IMG/VR virus record: IMGVR_UViG_2718218453_000003
Span: 1-39,971 of that record
DNA from: a virus
Taxonomy: Duplodnaviria > Heunggongvirae > Uroviricota > Caudoviricetes
DNA: 39,971 bases
Reading direction: 5' to 3' (one strand)
Numbering within the stretch: the stretch's first letter is position 1; every line of letters starts with the position of its first letter. Made by a program: the position numbers and the translations under genes. The notes beneath the pieces are model-generated. The model did not search any database. It saw only the letters and a list, made by a program, of their open reading frames with translations, and was not told the DNA's origin. Positions 1-8,080 of this stretch are shown piece after piece.

Positions 1-798
1 TTAATGAACATTCGTCGCCGAAAACGAGTCTGTATCATTAGCGTGATGCAGTCTCTGCAAAGGATCTTGTTGATAAAATTGGCAGAAACGTTGCCACAAT
101 GAAGGGAAACGAGGAGCAAAAAGTTCTGGGGCGCTAAAGAAATATTCAGAAAGTACGGCAAAACATTCAGCAGGATCACTGGCAGCATAAGCATCAATGC
201 TCGCCGCATTCTCGCCAACCAATTCGATTTCTTCCTGAATGTTGTTCATTGCAGCATGAAGATCGTGTTCCCAGCCAGCAACCTCACGCAACGGAATAAA
301 GGGAACTCCGCTGGCGCGATCGCCGTTACGGGTGTCCAGCTTATGAGCGACTTCATGAATAATCAGGTTAAAACCAGAAGCATCAAAAGAATCTTGTATA
401 TCCAACCAGTTCAAAACGATAGGCCCTTGCTGCCAGCTCTGACCTGACTGAACAATACGTTGGTTATGCACCAGACCGATATCGTCTTCCCATTCATCAT
501 CGACCACAAATGGCGCAGGATAAATTAAGACTTCATGAAAACCATCCAGCCATTCCAGTCCTAACTCCAGAACGGGTAGGCAAAATAGAAGTGCTATCCG
601 GCAGCTTCTTAATGAATCCAGTTCAAAGCCCTGTAAAGGAACAAGCCGCTTTTGCTGTAAAAAACGTTCGGCAAGAGTGACTAATTTGCTTTGTTCCTGT
701 TCCGTCAGACCCGTTAAAAGGGGGATCGATAGTGCTTCCTGCCAGGGAAGGGCAGTTTGATGTGCTGATTCTTGTACTTTCCAGGGCCACTTAATCAT
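1..798 (-). CDS. mtfA: Mlc titration factor A / zinc-dependent peptidase MtfA (265 aa), host chromosomal flank
   Basis: ORF 1..837 trimmed to the Met of [14 protein letters not shown]...; HEVAH zinc-binding motif; length matches recalled MtfA. Confidence 0.9.
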   Translation of the reverse strand: MIKWPWKVQESAHQTALPWQEALSIPLLTGLTEQEQSKLVTLAERFLQQKRLVPLQGFELDSLRSCRIALLFCLPVLELGLEWLDGFHEVLIYPAPFVVDDEWEDDIGLVHNQRIVQSGQSWQQGPIVLNWLDIQDSFDASGFNLIIHEVAHKLDTRNGDRASGVPFIPLREVAGWEHDLHAAMNNIQEEIELVGENAASIDAYAASDPAECFAVLSEYFFSAPELFAPRFPSLWQRFCQFYQQDPLQRLHHANDTDSFSATNVH

Positions 799-891
799 CG
801 TTTTGCTCGCAAACTCGTCACTTGAACAAAATTGCACGGACAGGGACTGTTAAAATGCCAAATTTCCTGGCATCATGGCAACCATCTGAAC

Positions 892-981
892 GGAGAGATG
901 CCGGAGCGGCTGAACGGACCGGTCTCGAAAACCGGAGTGGGGGCAACTCCACCGGGGGTTCAAATCCCCCTCTCTCCGCCA
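892..981 (+). tRNA. serU: tRNA-Ser (anticodon CGA), 90 nt with long variable arm and encoded CCA; prophage integration target
   Basis: GGAGAGATGCCGGAGCGG...GGTTCAAATCCCCCTCTCTCCGCCA; anticodon loop CTCGAAA; integrase gene immediately adjacent. Confidence 0.9.
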
Positions 982-1026
982 AAATTCAATCACTTATACA
1001 TCATTAAGTCAGTGACAAAAATCACA

Positions 1027-1063
1027 CTTGGAATTACTTGGAATATTTTCTTGGAATATTTTC
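1027..1063. repeat. Three direct CTTGGAAT repeats (1027, 1037, 1050), the last two part of a tandem 13-nt TTGGAATATTTTC; candidate Int arm-type binding sites
   Basis: Direct repeats read in sequence at the int 3' end between tRNA and integrase. Confidence 0.35.
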
Positions 1064-2059
1064 AGGTAACGGGACATCAAGTGTCGGTGAAACTTTAACC
1101 TTCCTGTCATAGATTAGCACTTGCCCTTCGGTTTTGTGACCAGAGAAAAGTTGCTTATCCCGACTGCTTCCTTCATAGTCTGAAATTCCTTTCGCCTTCA
1201 GATCATGAAAGGTGAAGTCGGTTAAAATACCTGAAATTTTGCCTGCGCGATTTCTTGCTTCTACCCACATTTCGTTAAAGCCTTTGTACATATATCGGTT
1301 GCCGTATTGATTGCTGATTACATAGGCGGATGTTGGTAACTGTTTTGCTTTTTCGATCGCCGCCTGTAATCGTGGACTCCATGCTTTTATCTGTTTTTTT
1401 CCTGTTTTCCCTTGCTGGATAAAGATCCCGTCGTTTCCAATCTGCTCCCATTTCAGCGATAACACATCGGAAACCCTCGCTGCACACAGATAGGCAATTT
1501 CCATTGCGATAAAAACAGGAAGAGGTGCAACGCTTAATACTGCCTGGTATTCTTTGTCGGTTACATATCGTTCGCGGTTTTTGGCCTTGAATTTACTTAC
1601 ACCTGCACATGGGTTAGCCTTCACGTACCCTCGCTCATACCCCCAACTGTAAACGCGGGACATACTGCTTTTTTCATGGTTGGCTTGCGTTTTACTCTGT
1701 TCCCCTCTCTTGTCCATGTATCGACGGATGTGTTCTGGTTTTATGGAATCTGCCGGCACCTTACCGAATACGGCAAGCAACTTTTTTTGATGTTGCAGAT
1801 AATCTTTTTGTGTTCTTGGACTGAGGTCACTGTAATAGGCGCTGGCGAGGAATTTTTCCCACAAGCGACCGAATGTCATTGCACGATCGCGATTATTTAC
1901 AGTTTCCTCATACTTTTTCCATAAAGCAGCTAAACCATCCTTGATGGCGGTTAGTGTTACAGATTCTCTGGATGTTGGTTTCCATACATAACTATATTTA
2001 TTTGGGTATACATTTGGAGGTAATTTTTCGTGTTCAGGATTTTTCCTTCGTCTTCCCAT
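1034..2059 (-). CDS. int: Phage integrase, tyrosine recombinase (341 aa)
   Basis: Adjacent to tRNA; C-terminal region with HDLK...GHKTEGQVLIYDR tyrosine-recombinase-like motifs. Confidence 0.9.
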   Translation of the reverse strand: MGRRRKNPEHEKLPPNVYPNKYSYVWKPTSRESVTLTAIKDGLAALWKKYEETVNNRDRAMTFGRLWEKFLASAYYSDLSPRTQKDYLQHQKKLLAVFGKVPADSIKPEHIRRYMDKRGEQSKTQANHEKSSMSRVYSWGYERGYVKANPCAGVSKFKAKNRERYVTDKEYQAVLSVAPLPVFIAMEIAYLCAARVSDVLSLKWEQIGNDGIFIQQGKTGKKQIKAWSPRLQAAIEKAKQLPTSAYVISNQYGNRYMYKGFNEMWVEARNRAGKISGILTDFTFHDLKAKGISDYEGSSRDKQLFSGHKTEGQVLIYDRKVKVSPTLDVPLPENIPRKYSK

Positions 2060-2262
2060 CAGATCGCACCAAAATTCGGCTCTACCTCGCGTGGCGGTAA
2101 AGTTTTATTGCAGGTAAATAGATCCCGGCTGACAATCGGTTTGCCACTACGATTGGTATAGAACGGAAGCCCGTTTTCCATTAACCATTTTCGCTGGTGG
2201 CTTGCATATTTGCAGCCCGTTAATATTAGCAATTCATCTTCGGTTAAAAATAAGCTGCTCAT
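2059..2262 (-). CDS. Excisionase-like small protein (67 aa)
   Basis: Small ORF immediately upstream of int, stop overlaps int start (ATGA); position typical of xis. Confidence 0.55.
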   Translation of the reverse strand: MSSLFLTEDELLILTGCKYASHQRKWLMENGLPFYTNRSGKPIVSRDLFTCNKTLPPREVEPNFGAI

Positions 2263-2320
2263 AGCTATATCTCATAACCGCCGCTAACTATATACGGTTA
2301 GCGGCAATTAGGGTTGAACA

Positions 2321-4762
2321 TTAAAAATCAGCCTGACTCGGGATCAGTTTTTGCCAGATAGCTGAAACGTATTTTGCCTGGTAACGAGCGTCATCAAGTG
2401 CATTATGGCGCTCACCTTCGAATGGAATAGCCGTTCTGGCATCGAAGTCTATGGCTTTCCCCAGCTCAACGATTGTGCGTACATCGCGATCGTTGTAGTA
2501 ACGCCACGGGCAGGGGATCCCCTGCCGTTCGTATGAACGGCGCAAAATCGTGTTGTCGAAGTTGGCTCCATTTCCCCAGACCTGAACAAAAAATTCACCG
2601 GAGTTTTCGTCGATAAATTCCCGCAATTGTAACAGTGCATCATCTAACGGGATTTCATCGGTCATAATGGCAGATTGCGCTTCGCGTGATTGCTTAAGCC
2701 ACCATTTAATGGTGTCCCGATCAATGACTCCGCCAGCAGTTTCCAGATCGATAGTCTTACTAAATTCCGGTCCCATATCTCCGGTTTGCGGATCGAAAAA
2801 TATTGCACCTATTGAGATGATCGGGGCATCAGGATTTTTTCCCATGGTTTCAAGGTCGATCATTAGATGGTCACACGTCCTGCTGGTGGATGTGATTTCG
2901 TGATGACCATTCACCGTAATTAAGGGATCTGCCGTCTCGCCAGTTTTACTATCGCTGGCGTGGTCCTGAGCGCTGCCAGCATTCTCCTTGTGTGGATGTT
3001 CAGCGCCTTCCATTTCCTCCGGATCATTTTCCTGAACTTCAACCTGATTCTCTTCATCGAATGTTTTCTGGTATGTTGCGTCGCCCATCACCGCGCCACA
3101 ATCAGGGCAGTTGCCGCCACCGCTCTGACCGCAGGCGGTGCAGACTTTTTTCGGTTCCTGTTGCGCTACTGGTTCGGATTGTTTCGTTTCTGGCTCGTTT
3201 TGTAACGCATTTGGGCTGTTTTGTTCCGCTTTTTGGTCGTTCCGTTCCGATTCATGCTGGTTCTGGTTCACAGAATCGCGAGTCTGGATCCCCTTGACCC
3301 ATTTCGGATCATTAGGGTCGCTAATCCCCTCAACAAATTCACCACGCGATACAGCAAGTAACTTATCGGCGTCAGGCTGGCTGATATTGGCTGCCTGCAT
3401 AATTTTGTTTACTTCGTCAGCGGTGACTTTTACTTGGTTAGCGGAACTCACCTGCGACTGAGCATCCAGCGACTGCGCGTTCTGGCAATGTTCAGTTGTA
3501 TCCGGTTCCATTGTTTCAGTTGTTGCCTGTTCACCTGCCATTGCGTCAGATGGTTGTGGTTTTTCTTCTTCTGTTTCACGCTCAGTAACCACCTCGCGGT
3601 TAATTTCTTCCAGGATATCTTTTTCCGGCGTATGCCGGGCAGCTGTGAGAGTTTCCTTGCTGGGGTTCTCGTGATCAGTTTCCGTCAAATAGGCGTTGAT
3701 ATACCCCTGAAGGCGTCCCGGGTAGTGATAAAATTCAGGGTGTGCGCTTCGGATAAGTGCAAAAATAGCGGCGCGGGAATAGTCCAGAATACCCGGGGTT
3801 GCACGAAGTGCTGCGGACCATTCTTTGAACGGACTTTCTTTTTTCAGGACTACTTCTTTTGCGCGACGATAAACGCTGCCCGGAATTTCATAAATATTAA
3901 AATCCATCGGAAGTGTGGCTGCTGCAATCTCCACATCCAGTGTGTCGAGGGTGTGTACTAAATTCGGATTGCGATCGGTTTTGTTCCCACCGCCAGCATT
4001 AGCACCGGAAGCCGTGCGGGTGATGCGTGAAACACGATTTCCTTTCATCCACTCTTTTGTCAGCAGACCCCGATCAGTGTAGTGAGCGTCCAGGTATGCT
4101 TCGAAAAAAGCAGTTATTAGTCCCAGGTCTGAATTACCAGGATTAGGGAAAACTTTGTCAGTGTCACGAACCAGTTTGTGGAGGTCGCGAATCTCCAGCG
4201 AGTCGAGCAGACTGGTTTTATGCGAAATAGCCAGGGCAGTAACAGCCGGTAGTTCTTCAGCCCGTGCAATGTGTAATGCCTGGAGTTCGTCGCGTGAAAC
4301 GTGCGTTACTGGTTTTTCGCTGCCGTGTTGAGCAAGCCAACGAATGGGCAGTTCCTGACCGGAGACAGGTAGAAGCATGCTCTCCTCAATCTCAGTCATG
4401 TCTTCGCCGTTGATGTTGGTATTATCAGTGCTGGCTGATTTGTCCTGAACAGAGGGGGAAGGGCCGATAAATGTCATTGTGATGCCATCTTTCCCGCCTT
4501 TTTCATAGCGGTTGCAGAATTCAGTATCAAACACGCCTTCTGGCGGAAGGTCGTCAACAACGGGCAAATTGACGCGGACGGGTTTTTTAAAGTCGTCTTC
4601 ATCATAATCGTTGTCATCCATTGCGGTAATGCAGCGGGAGATTGCAACAGATAATTTTTTTGCTGTAGTCCAGTAAAAACCACCTTTAATTCCTAGGCGT
4701 TTTCTTACTTTGTCATTTTTTGCTTCGCAATATAGTGCAAATTCTTCTTTATCAGTGCTCAT
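2321..4762 (-). CDS. RecE-family exodeoxyribonuclease VIII-like protein (813 aa) with C-terminal DEDDh (DnaQ-like) 3'-5' exonuclease domain
   Basis: N-terminal region resembles recalled RecE N-terminus ([41 protein letters not shown]); C-terminal Exo I DLE (MIDLETMG), Exo II GNGANFD, Exo III HNALDDA; internal [16 protein letters not shown] zinc-ribbon-like motif. Confidence 0.8.
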   Translation of the reverse strand: MSTDKEEFALYCEAKNDKVRKRLGIKGGFYWTTAKKLSVAISRCITAMDDNDYDEDDFKKPVRVNLPVVDDLPPEGVFDTEFCNRYEKGGKDGITMTFIGPSPSVQDKSASTDNTNINGEDMTEIEESMLLPVSGQELPIRWLAQHGSEKPVTHVSRDELQALHIARAEELPAVTALAISHKTSLLDSLEIRDLHKLVRDTDKVFPNPGNSDLGLITAFFEAYLDAHYTDRGLLTKEWMKGNRVSRITRTASGANAGGGNKTDRNPNLVHTLDTLDVEIAAATLPMDFNIYEIPGSVYRRAKEVVLKKESPFKEWSAALRATPGILDYSRAAIFALIRSAHPEFYHYPGRLQGYINAYLTETDHENPSKETLTAARHTPEKDILEEINREVVTERETEEEKPQPSDAMAGEQATTETMEPDTTEHCQNAQSLDAQSQVSSANQVKVTADEVNKIMQAANISQPDADKLLAVSRGEFVEGISDPNDPKWVKGIQTRDSVNQNQHESERNDQKAEQNSPNALQNEPETKQSEPVAQQEPKKVCTACGQSGGGNCPDCGAVMGDATYQKTFDEENQVEVQENDPEEMEGAEHPHKENAGSAQDHASDSKTGETADPLITVNGHHEITSTSRTCDHLMIDLETMGKNPDAPIISIGAIFFDPQTGDMGPEFSKTIDLETAGGVIDRDTIKWWLKQSREAQSAIMTDEIPLDDALLQLREFIDENSGEFFVQVWGNGANFDNTILRRSYERQGIPCPWRYYNDRDVRTIVELGKAIDFDARTAIPFEGERHNALDDARYQAKYVSAIWQKLIPSQADF

Positions 4763-4855
4763 TATTGATAAACCTCATCACAGATTTAAGGGTGAACAAA
4801 TCTCTGCCATTGCTGACATATAAGAATGAAACTGGATATTTATTACGGTGCTGTT

Positions 4856-5047
4856 TTAAAATCCTGCCGGGATTTCGTTATTATCCTGGTGAATAACTTT
4901 ATCGACCGGATAACAGTTGCCTGGAATTTTCTGTTCGGTTGCTGCTGCCATACATTCCTGCATTGTTCTGTGAACACTGACTGCAATATCAACTGGCTCT
5001 CCGGAAACAAGAAAAACCGTCAGAATAAGTGCAAATACTGGATTCAT
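4856..5047 (-). CDS. ydfD: YdfD-like small protein with N-terminal hydrophobic segment (63 aa)
   Basis: Start chosen at MNPVFALILTVFLVSG with AAGGA RBS; start overlaps dicB stop (ATGA); last gene of dicB-type operon; length matches recalled YdfD. Confidence 0.6.
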   Translation of the reverse strand: MNPVFALILTVFLVSGEPVDIAVSVHRTMQECMAAATEQKIPGNCYPVDKVIHQDNNEIPAGF

Positions 5048-5232
5048 TGTGCACATCCTTTTGGCATCAGACGTAAACGGGCCAGCATTGAAACAATGCA
5101 TACTTTATTTAATAACTCCCGTTCGTGTTTTCTTTTGTTAATGGCCTCTTCAGTAAATACAGGATTACTGATAGTGACACCAATTTCAAAACAACCTTCA
5201 GACGTATTAACGTTTGGTAATAACGTTTTCAT
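5044..5232 (-). CDS. dicB: Cell division inhibitor DicB (62 aa)
   Basis: MKTLLPNVNTSEGCFEIGVTISNPVFTEEAINKRKHERELLNKVCIVSMLARLRLMPKGCAQ matches recalled DicB; directly downstream of DicF. Confidence 0.8.
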   Translation of the reverse strand: MKTLLPNVNTSEGCFEIGVTISNPVFTEEAINKRKHERELLNKVCIVSMLARLRLMPKGCAQ

Positions 5233-5406
5233 TATCGCGCCCTCAACAATGAGTTTTGTGATGCGGTGCCTGGTGCCTCCAGGTGACGTTAACCAGTTAA
5301 CAATTAACGCCGGATACAGAGAATCCACCCATAACACTGTTTTTGGTTTTAACTGTTCCGCGTGCGCTTAGCCGCATTCACCGCATCACAAAATTCACTT
5401 TAAAAA

Positions 5407-5459
5407 GGGCGGCAGAGCAGTCACGGAGTAAAACTGATACCGCCAAACGTCACCAGAAA
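5407..5459 (-). ncRNA. dicF: DicF small RNA (ftsZ-targeting sRNA of the dicB operon)
   Basis: Minus-strand sequence TTTCTGGTGACGTTTGGCGGTATCAGTTTTACTCCGTGACTGCTCTGCCGCCC followed by TTTTT matches recalled 53-nt DicF; lies between ydfC-like and dicB. Confidence 0.8.
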
Positions 5460-5800
5460 ATTGATAACAGAGGGCGTTGCAGCGGGGTTGTCACTTAAGC
5501 GTATGGTCAACCTGACAACCCGGTGTCCTCAACGGGGGAAGGAATAACCCCGCCATACTTACCGCCGCGCCATTTCGCGGATTGCCACAACCGGAAGCGC
5601 ACGGTCGACGAAAATTTAACGACAGGCTATCTATGAACCAGCTACCTCGCCGTGCGCTTTCGCGTTATGGTCTGACTTTTCAGGGAAATATCCTTTCAGT
5701 AAACTGTCAGTGCCGGATGCTCACCCGTGTCCGGCGCACGCACTCCACCTCACCCGTGGAGAACTCCTTAATTACTAACCTTAGCTTTGTTGATTAGCTA

Positions 5801-6019
5801 CTAACGCGGGTATGTAATCATTCTGGCAATGCTTAATGCCGCTGCTTTTTCCAGATTGGTGATATCCTGCTCCAGAGCGGACAGATTTTCAGCCTGCTTA
5901 GCCCTGGCTTCATTAGCCCATTTCAGATCCTGCGCTGCATTAATTTTCTGGCGCATCCACTCATAAAGTTCATCATCGGTATAGTCTGGCGCGATGATGA
6001 CGGGTTCTCGTTTCTGCAC
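5801..6019 (-). CDS. ydfC: YdfC-like protein (72 aa), GTG start
   Basis: GTG start preceded by GAGGAA RBS; position and length match ydfC of the dicB operon. Confidence 0.6.
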   Translation of the reverse strand: MQKREPVIIAPDYTDDELYEWMRQKINAAQDLKWANEARAKQAENLSALEQDITNLEKAAALSIARMITYPR

Positions 6020-6048
6020 GCTGATTCCTCGCGGTGCTGTTTCGCTTA

Positions 6049-6177
6049 TCAGCCGTTAGATTTTGCCGAACTGGAAAGCGCCTGTTTAAATTCGCTGAAG
6101 CTGAGAGCTTCTTCGCCTTCGGCAAAGCCTTCGAAGTATTCTTCGTAAGCCTTTTCCATGATTGTGTCGAAATCCAT
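6049..6177 (-). CDS. ydfB: YdfB-like acidic small protein (42 aa), not in ORF track
   Basis: Hand translation MDFDTIMEKAYEEYFEGFAEGEEALSFSEFKQALSSSAKSNG; start 3 nt after ydfA-like stop; length matches recalled YdfB. Confidence 0.5.
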   Translation of the reverse strand: MDFDTIMEKAYEEYFEGFAEGEEALSFSEFKQALSSSAKSNG

Positions 6178-6178
6178 A

Positions 6179-6334
6179 TCACCCACCTGAATTTCTTTCC
6201 AGCCAGCGACGCGCTCCAGATTCGGTTTTAAACGTTTTGCTTTTGGTATACGTCATTGCGGTGAAGGTGCCGTCCTGGTTGGGAAACACGCCGTACACCA
6301 GAGATTCGTTGTTGCCAAGATCGATAGTATCCAT
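6179..6334 (-). CDS. ydfA: YdfA-like protein (51 aa from internal Met; alternative upstream start at 6415 gives 78 aa)
   Basis: MDTIDLGNNESLVYGVFPNQDGTFTAMTYTKSKTFKTESGARRWLERNSGG; TGAGGT RBS before Met at 6334; first gene downstream of PL. Confidence 0.6.
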   Translation of the reverse strand: MDTIDLGNNESLVYGVFPNQDGTFTAMTYTKSKTFKTESGARRWLERNSGG

Positions 6335-6513
6335 GCTGACCTCATTTCCCCTTAACGCCGGGGTAGCGGAACAAAAACCTGCTGCATAGTTATTAAAGTT
6401 GAACCCTGCCGTCATGTTCTTACGCCTCGGGCTGGCTACTTAACCCCTGACCACTGCCTGGTAACTCGAAGTATTGCCCTGCATTCTGTAGGATGGGGTG
6501 AGGGAATGAATGA

Positions 6514-6560
6514 AGTTTAGAAAAACGAACTTTTCAGGTCAATGTTTTTTTATCAAAACA
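6514..6560 (-). promoter_or_regulatory. Leftward early promoter PL (-35 TTGACC 6542..6537, 17-nt spacer, -10 TAAACT 6519..6514) with adjacent palindromic operator TGTTTT-N6-AAAACA (6543..6560)
   Basis: Near-consensus sigma70 hexamers on minus strand between cI stop and ydfA-like gene; 18-bp palindrome shares arms with the OR operator. Confidence 0.5.
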
Positions 6561-6626
6561 TTTTAAGCAGGCAGCTGTTAAGCCATCACCACGATGGCAT
6601 ACAGTTAATCAAATAGATGAGGTTGG

Positions 6627-7265
6627 TTAAATATCTTGTTGAATTTTAAAGCATACGCCCAATATGCAAGATAGATCATCCAGCATAATTGAAGGGTAGC
6701 GAGGATTCGTGGGGACTAAAAGAATATCCGGCCCTTCTATCTCCAGTTTACGAATGACAGGTGTTGTGGTCCCTTTGGGTAAGGCAAGGACAATATTTCC
6801 TGGTTGTACGGTTCGATCGGGATCAATAAAAACTGTTGAACCATTTGGGATGGAAACTCCCCCACCAGATGTTGACATACTGTCACTCTCTAGAACAACT
6901 GCAAAGGTATTGACCGGGATTTCTCCGACAAGCTGCACACAAGAGGTTATTGAGGAATTTTTCATATAATCACTCCAGCTTGCTGCCTGCTGAAGTGATA
7001 GTAGCGGAACCGTTTTTATCGGCGGTAAAGATAGATCAAGCGAATCACCTGTATTTAACTCTCCTCCATTAAGAAGCCAATTTTCGTTTACTTTCAATAT
7101 TTTTGCCAGTGAACTTATGTAACGCGAGGACGGCGCTCCTCCACCGTTCATCCATTGACTTACGGAGCCTTTTGATGCGCCAGTGCCATTGACAAGGTCT
7201 TTGCCTTTCAGGTTTAGCGCATGCATACGTTGGGTTATGCGTTCAGATATAGTTTGCTTGCTCAT
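6627..7265 (-). CDS. CI-like prophage repressor (212 aa): N-terminal HTH, C-terminal S24 LexA-like autopeptidase domain
   Basis: N-terminal HTH-like region, C-terminal ESDSM serine motif and downstream Lys; divergent from cro-like gene; no SD, start codon inside operator. Confidence 0.9.
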   Translation of the reverse strand: MSKQTISERITQRMHALNLKGKDLVNGTGASKGSVSQWMNGGGAPSSRYISSLAKILKVNENWLLNGGELNTGDSLDLSLPPIKTVPLLSLQQAASWSDYMKNSSITSCVQLVGEIPVNTFAVVLESDSMSTSGGGVSIPNGSTVFIDPDRTVQPGNIVLALPKGTTTPVIRKLEIEGPDILLVPTNPRYPSIMLDDLSCILGVCFKIQQDI

Positions 7266-7328
7266 GTTTTGATTTTAAAACACAGATGGTTTTGTTTCTT
7301 GACTTTTTTTGGTTTTGATTATTAAACT
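7265..7328. promoter_or_regulatory. OR region: palindromic operator TGTTTTGATTTTAAAACA (7265..7282), rightward promoter PR (-35 TTGACT 7299..7304, -10 TAAACT 7323..7328) overlapped by a second operator-like site (7311..7328)
   Basis: Read directly; divergent cI and cro-like genes flank it. Confidence 0.55.
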
Positions 7329-7356
7329 TTTGACGTTCAGTTTTATGGAGCGACTC

Positions 7357-7587
7357 ATGAAAAAATCAGAAGTATTAGGCTATTTTGGCGGAGTTGTTAA
7401 AACAGCCGCAGCTCTAGGAACGTCAAAAACCACAGTCAGCATGTGGGGGGAAGAGGTTCCGTGGAAATGGGCGTTGCTAATTCAGGCAGTCACTGCCGGG
7501 GCGCTCAAATATGAGTTACACATACCGACGGTTGTCATTCCCGGTTCTGATCATAATCCGCCTTCTAACCAAGGGGGGGATTCATGA
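7357..7587 (+). CDS. Cro/DicC-like (YdaS-family) small HTH regulator (76 aa)
   Basis: Start at MKKSEVLGYFGG with GGAG RBS; divergent from repressor; YFG...W...VP pattern similar to recalled DicC. Confidence 0.8.
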   Translation: MKKSEVLGYFGGVVKTAAALGTSKTTVSMWGEEVPWKWALLIQAVTAGALKYELHIPTVVIPGSDHNPPSNQGGDS

Positions 7588-8009
7588 AAATCAAGCATGA
7601 ACACATCCGCATGGCGATGAATGCCTGGGCGCATCCGGACGGCGAAAAAGTACCGGCTGCGAAAATTACCAAAGCGTATTTCGAGCTGGGAATGACGTTC
7701 CCGGAACTGTATGACGACAGCCATCCGGAAGCCCTGGCTCGCAATACCCAGAAAATTTTCCGCTGGGTAGAGAAAGACACCCCTGATGCAGTTGAAAAAA
7801 TTCAGGCGTTGTTACCAGCGATCGAAAAGGCAATGCCACCTTTGCTGGTGGCCAGAATGCGCAGCCACAGTTCAGCTTATTTTCGGGAGCTGGTGGAGAC
7901 GCGGGAGCGACTGGTGAGAGACGCTGATGATTTTGTCGCAGTGGCAATCGCCGGTTTCAATCAGATGAACCGTGGTGGCCCGGCAGGAAATGCTGTGGCA
8001 GTACATTGA
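7584..8009 (+). CDS. YdaT-like protein (141 aa), CII-position regulator
   Basis: MKIKHEHIRMAMNAWAHPDGEKVPAAKITKAYFELGMTFPELYDD resembles recalled Rac YdaT; ATGA overlap with cro-like stop. Confidence 0.7.
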   Translation: MKIKHEHIRMAMNAWAHPDGEKVPAAKITKAYFELGMTFPELYDDSHPEALARNTQKIFRWVEKDTPDAVEKIQALLPAIEKAMPPLLVARMRSHSSAYFRELVETRERLVRDADDFVAVAIAGFNQMNRGGPAGNAVAVH

Positions 8010-8080
8010 CTGACAATAGCCATATCGAATCGCTTCCGGCAACTCGTGAGTAAAAAGATTCGGTATCAGAAGAGGTGAGT

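Noticed and set aside
2667-3961. Several plus-strand ORFs (78-175 aa) inside the RecE-like gene
   Set aside because: They are antisense to a long gene with clear exonuclease motifs and have Cys/Phe/Arg-rich low-complexity translations typical of wrong-frame reading.
4826-5371. 181-aa plus-strand ORF
   Set aside because: Antisense to the dicB and ydfD-like genes, which have RBSs, translational coupling and recognisable products.
5582-5797. 71-aa plus-strand ORF in the dicF-ydfC intergenic region
   Set aside because: No RBS, Arg-rich junk-like translation; the region is better explained as minus-strand operon leader and sRNA sequence.
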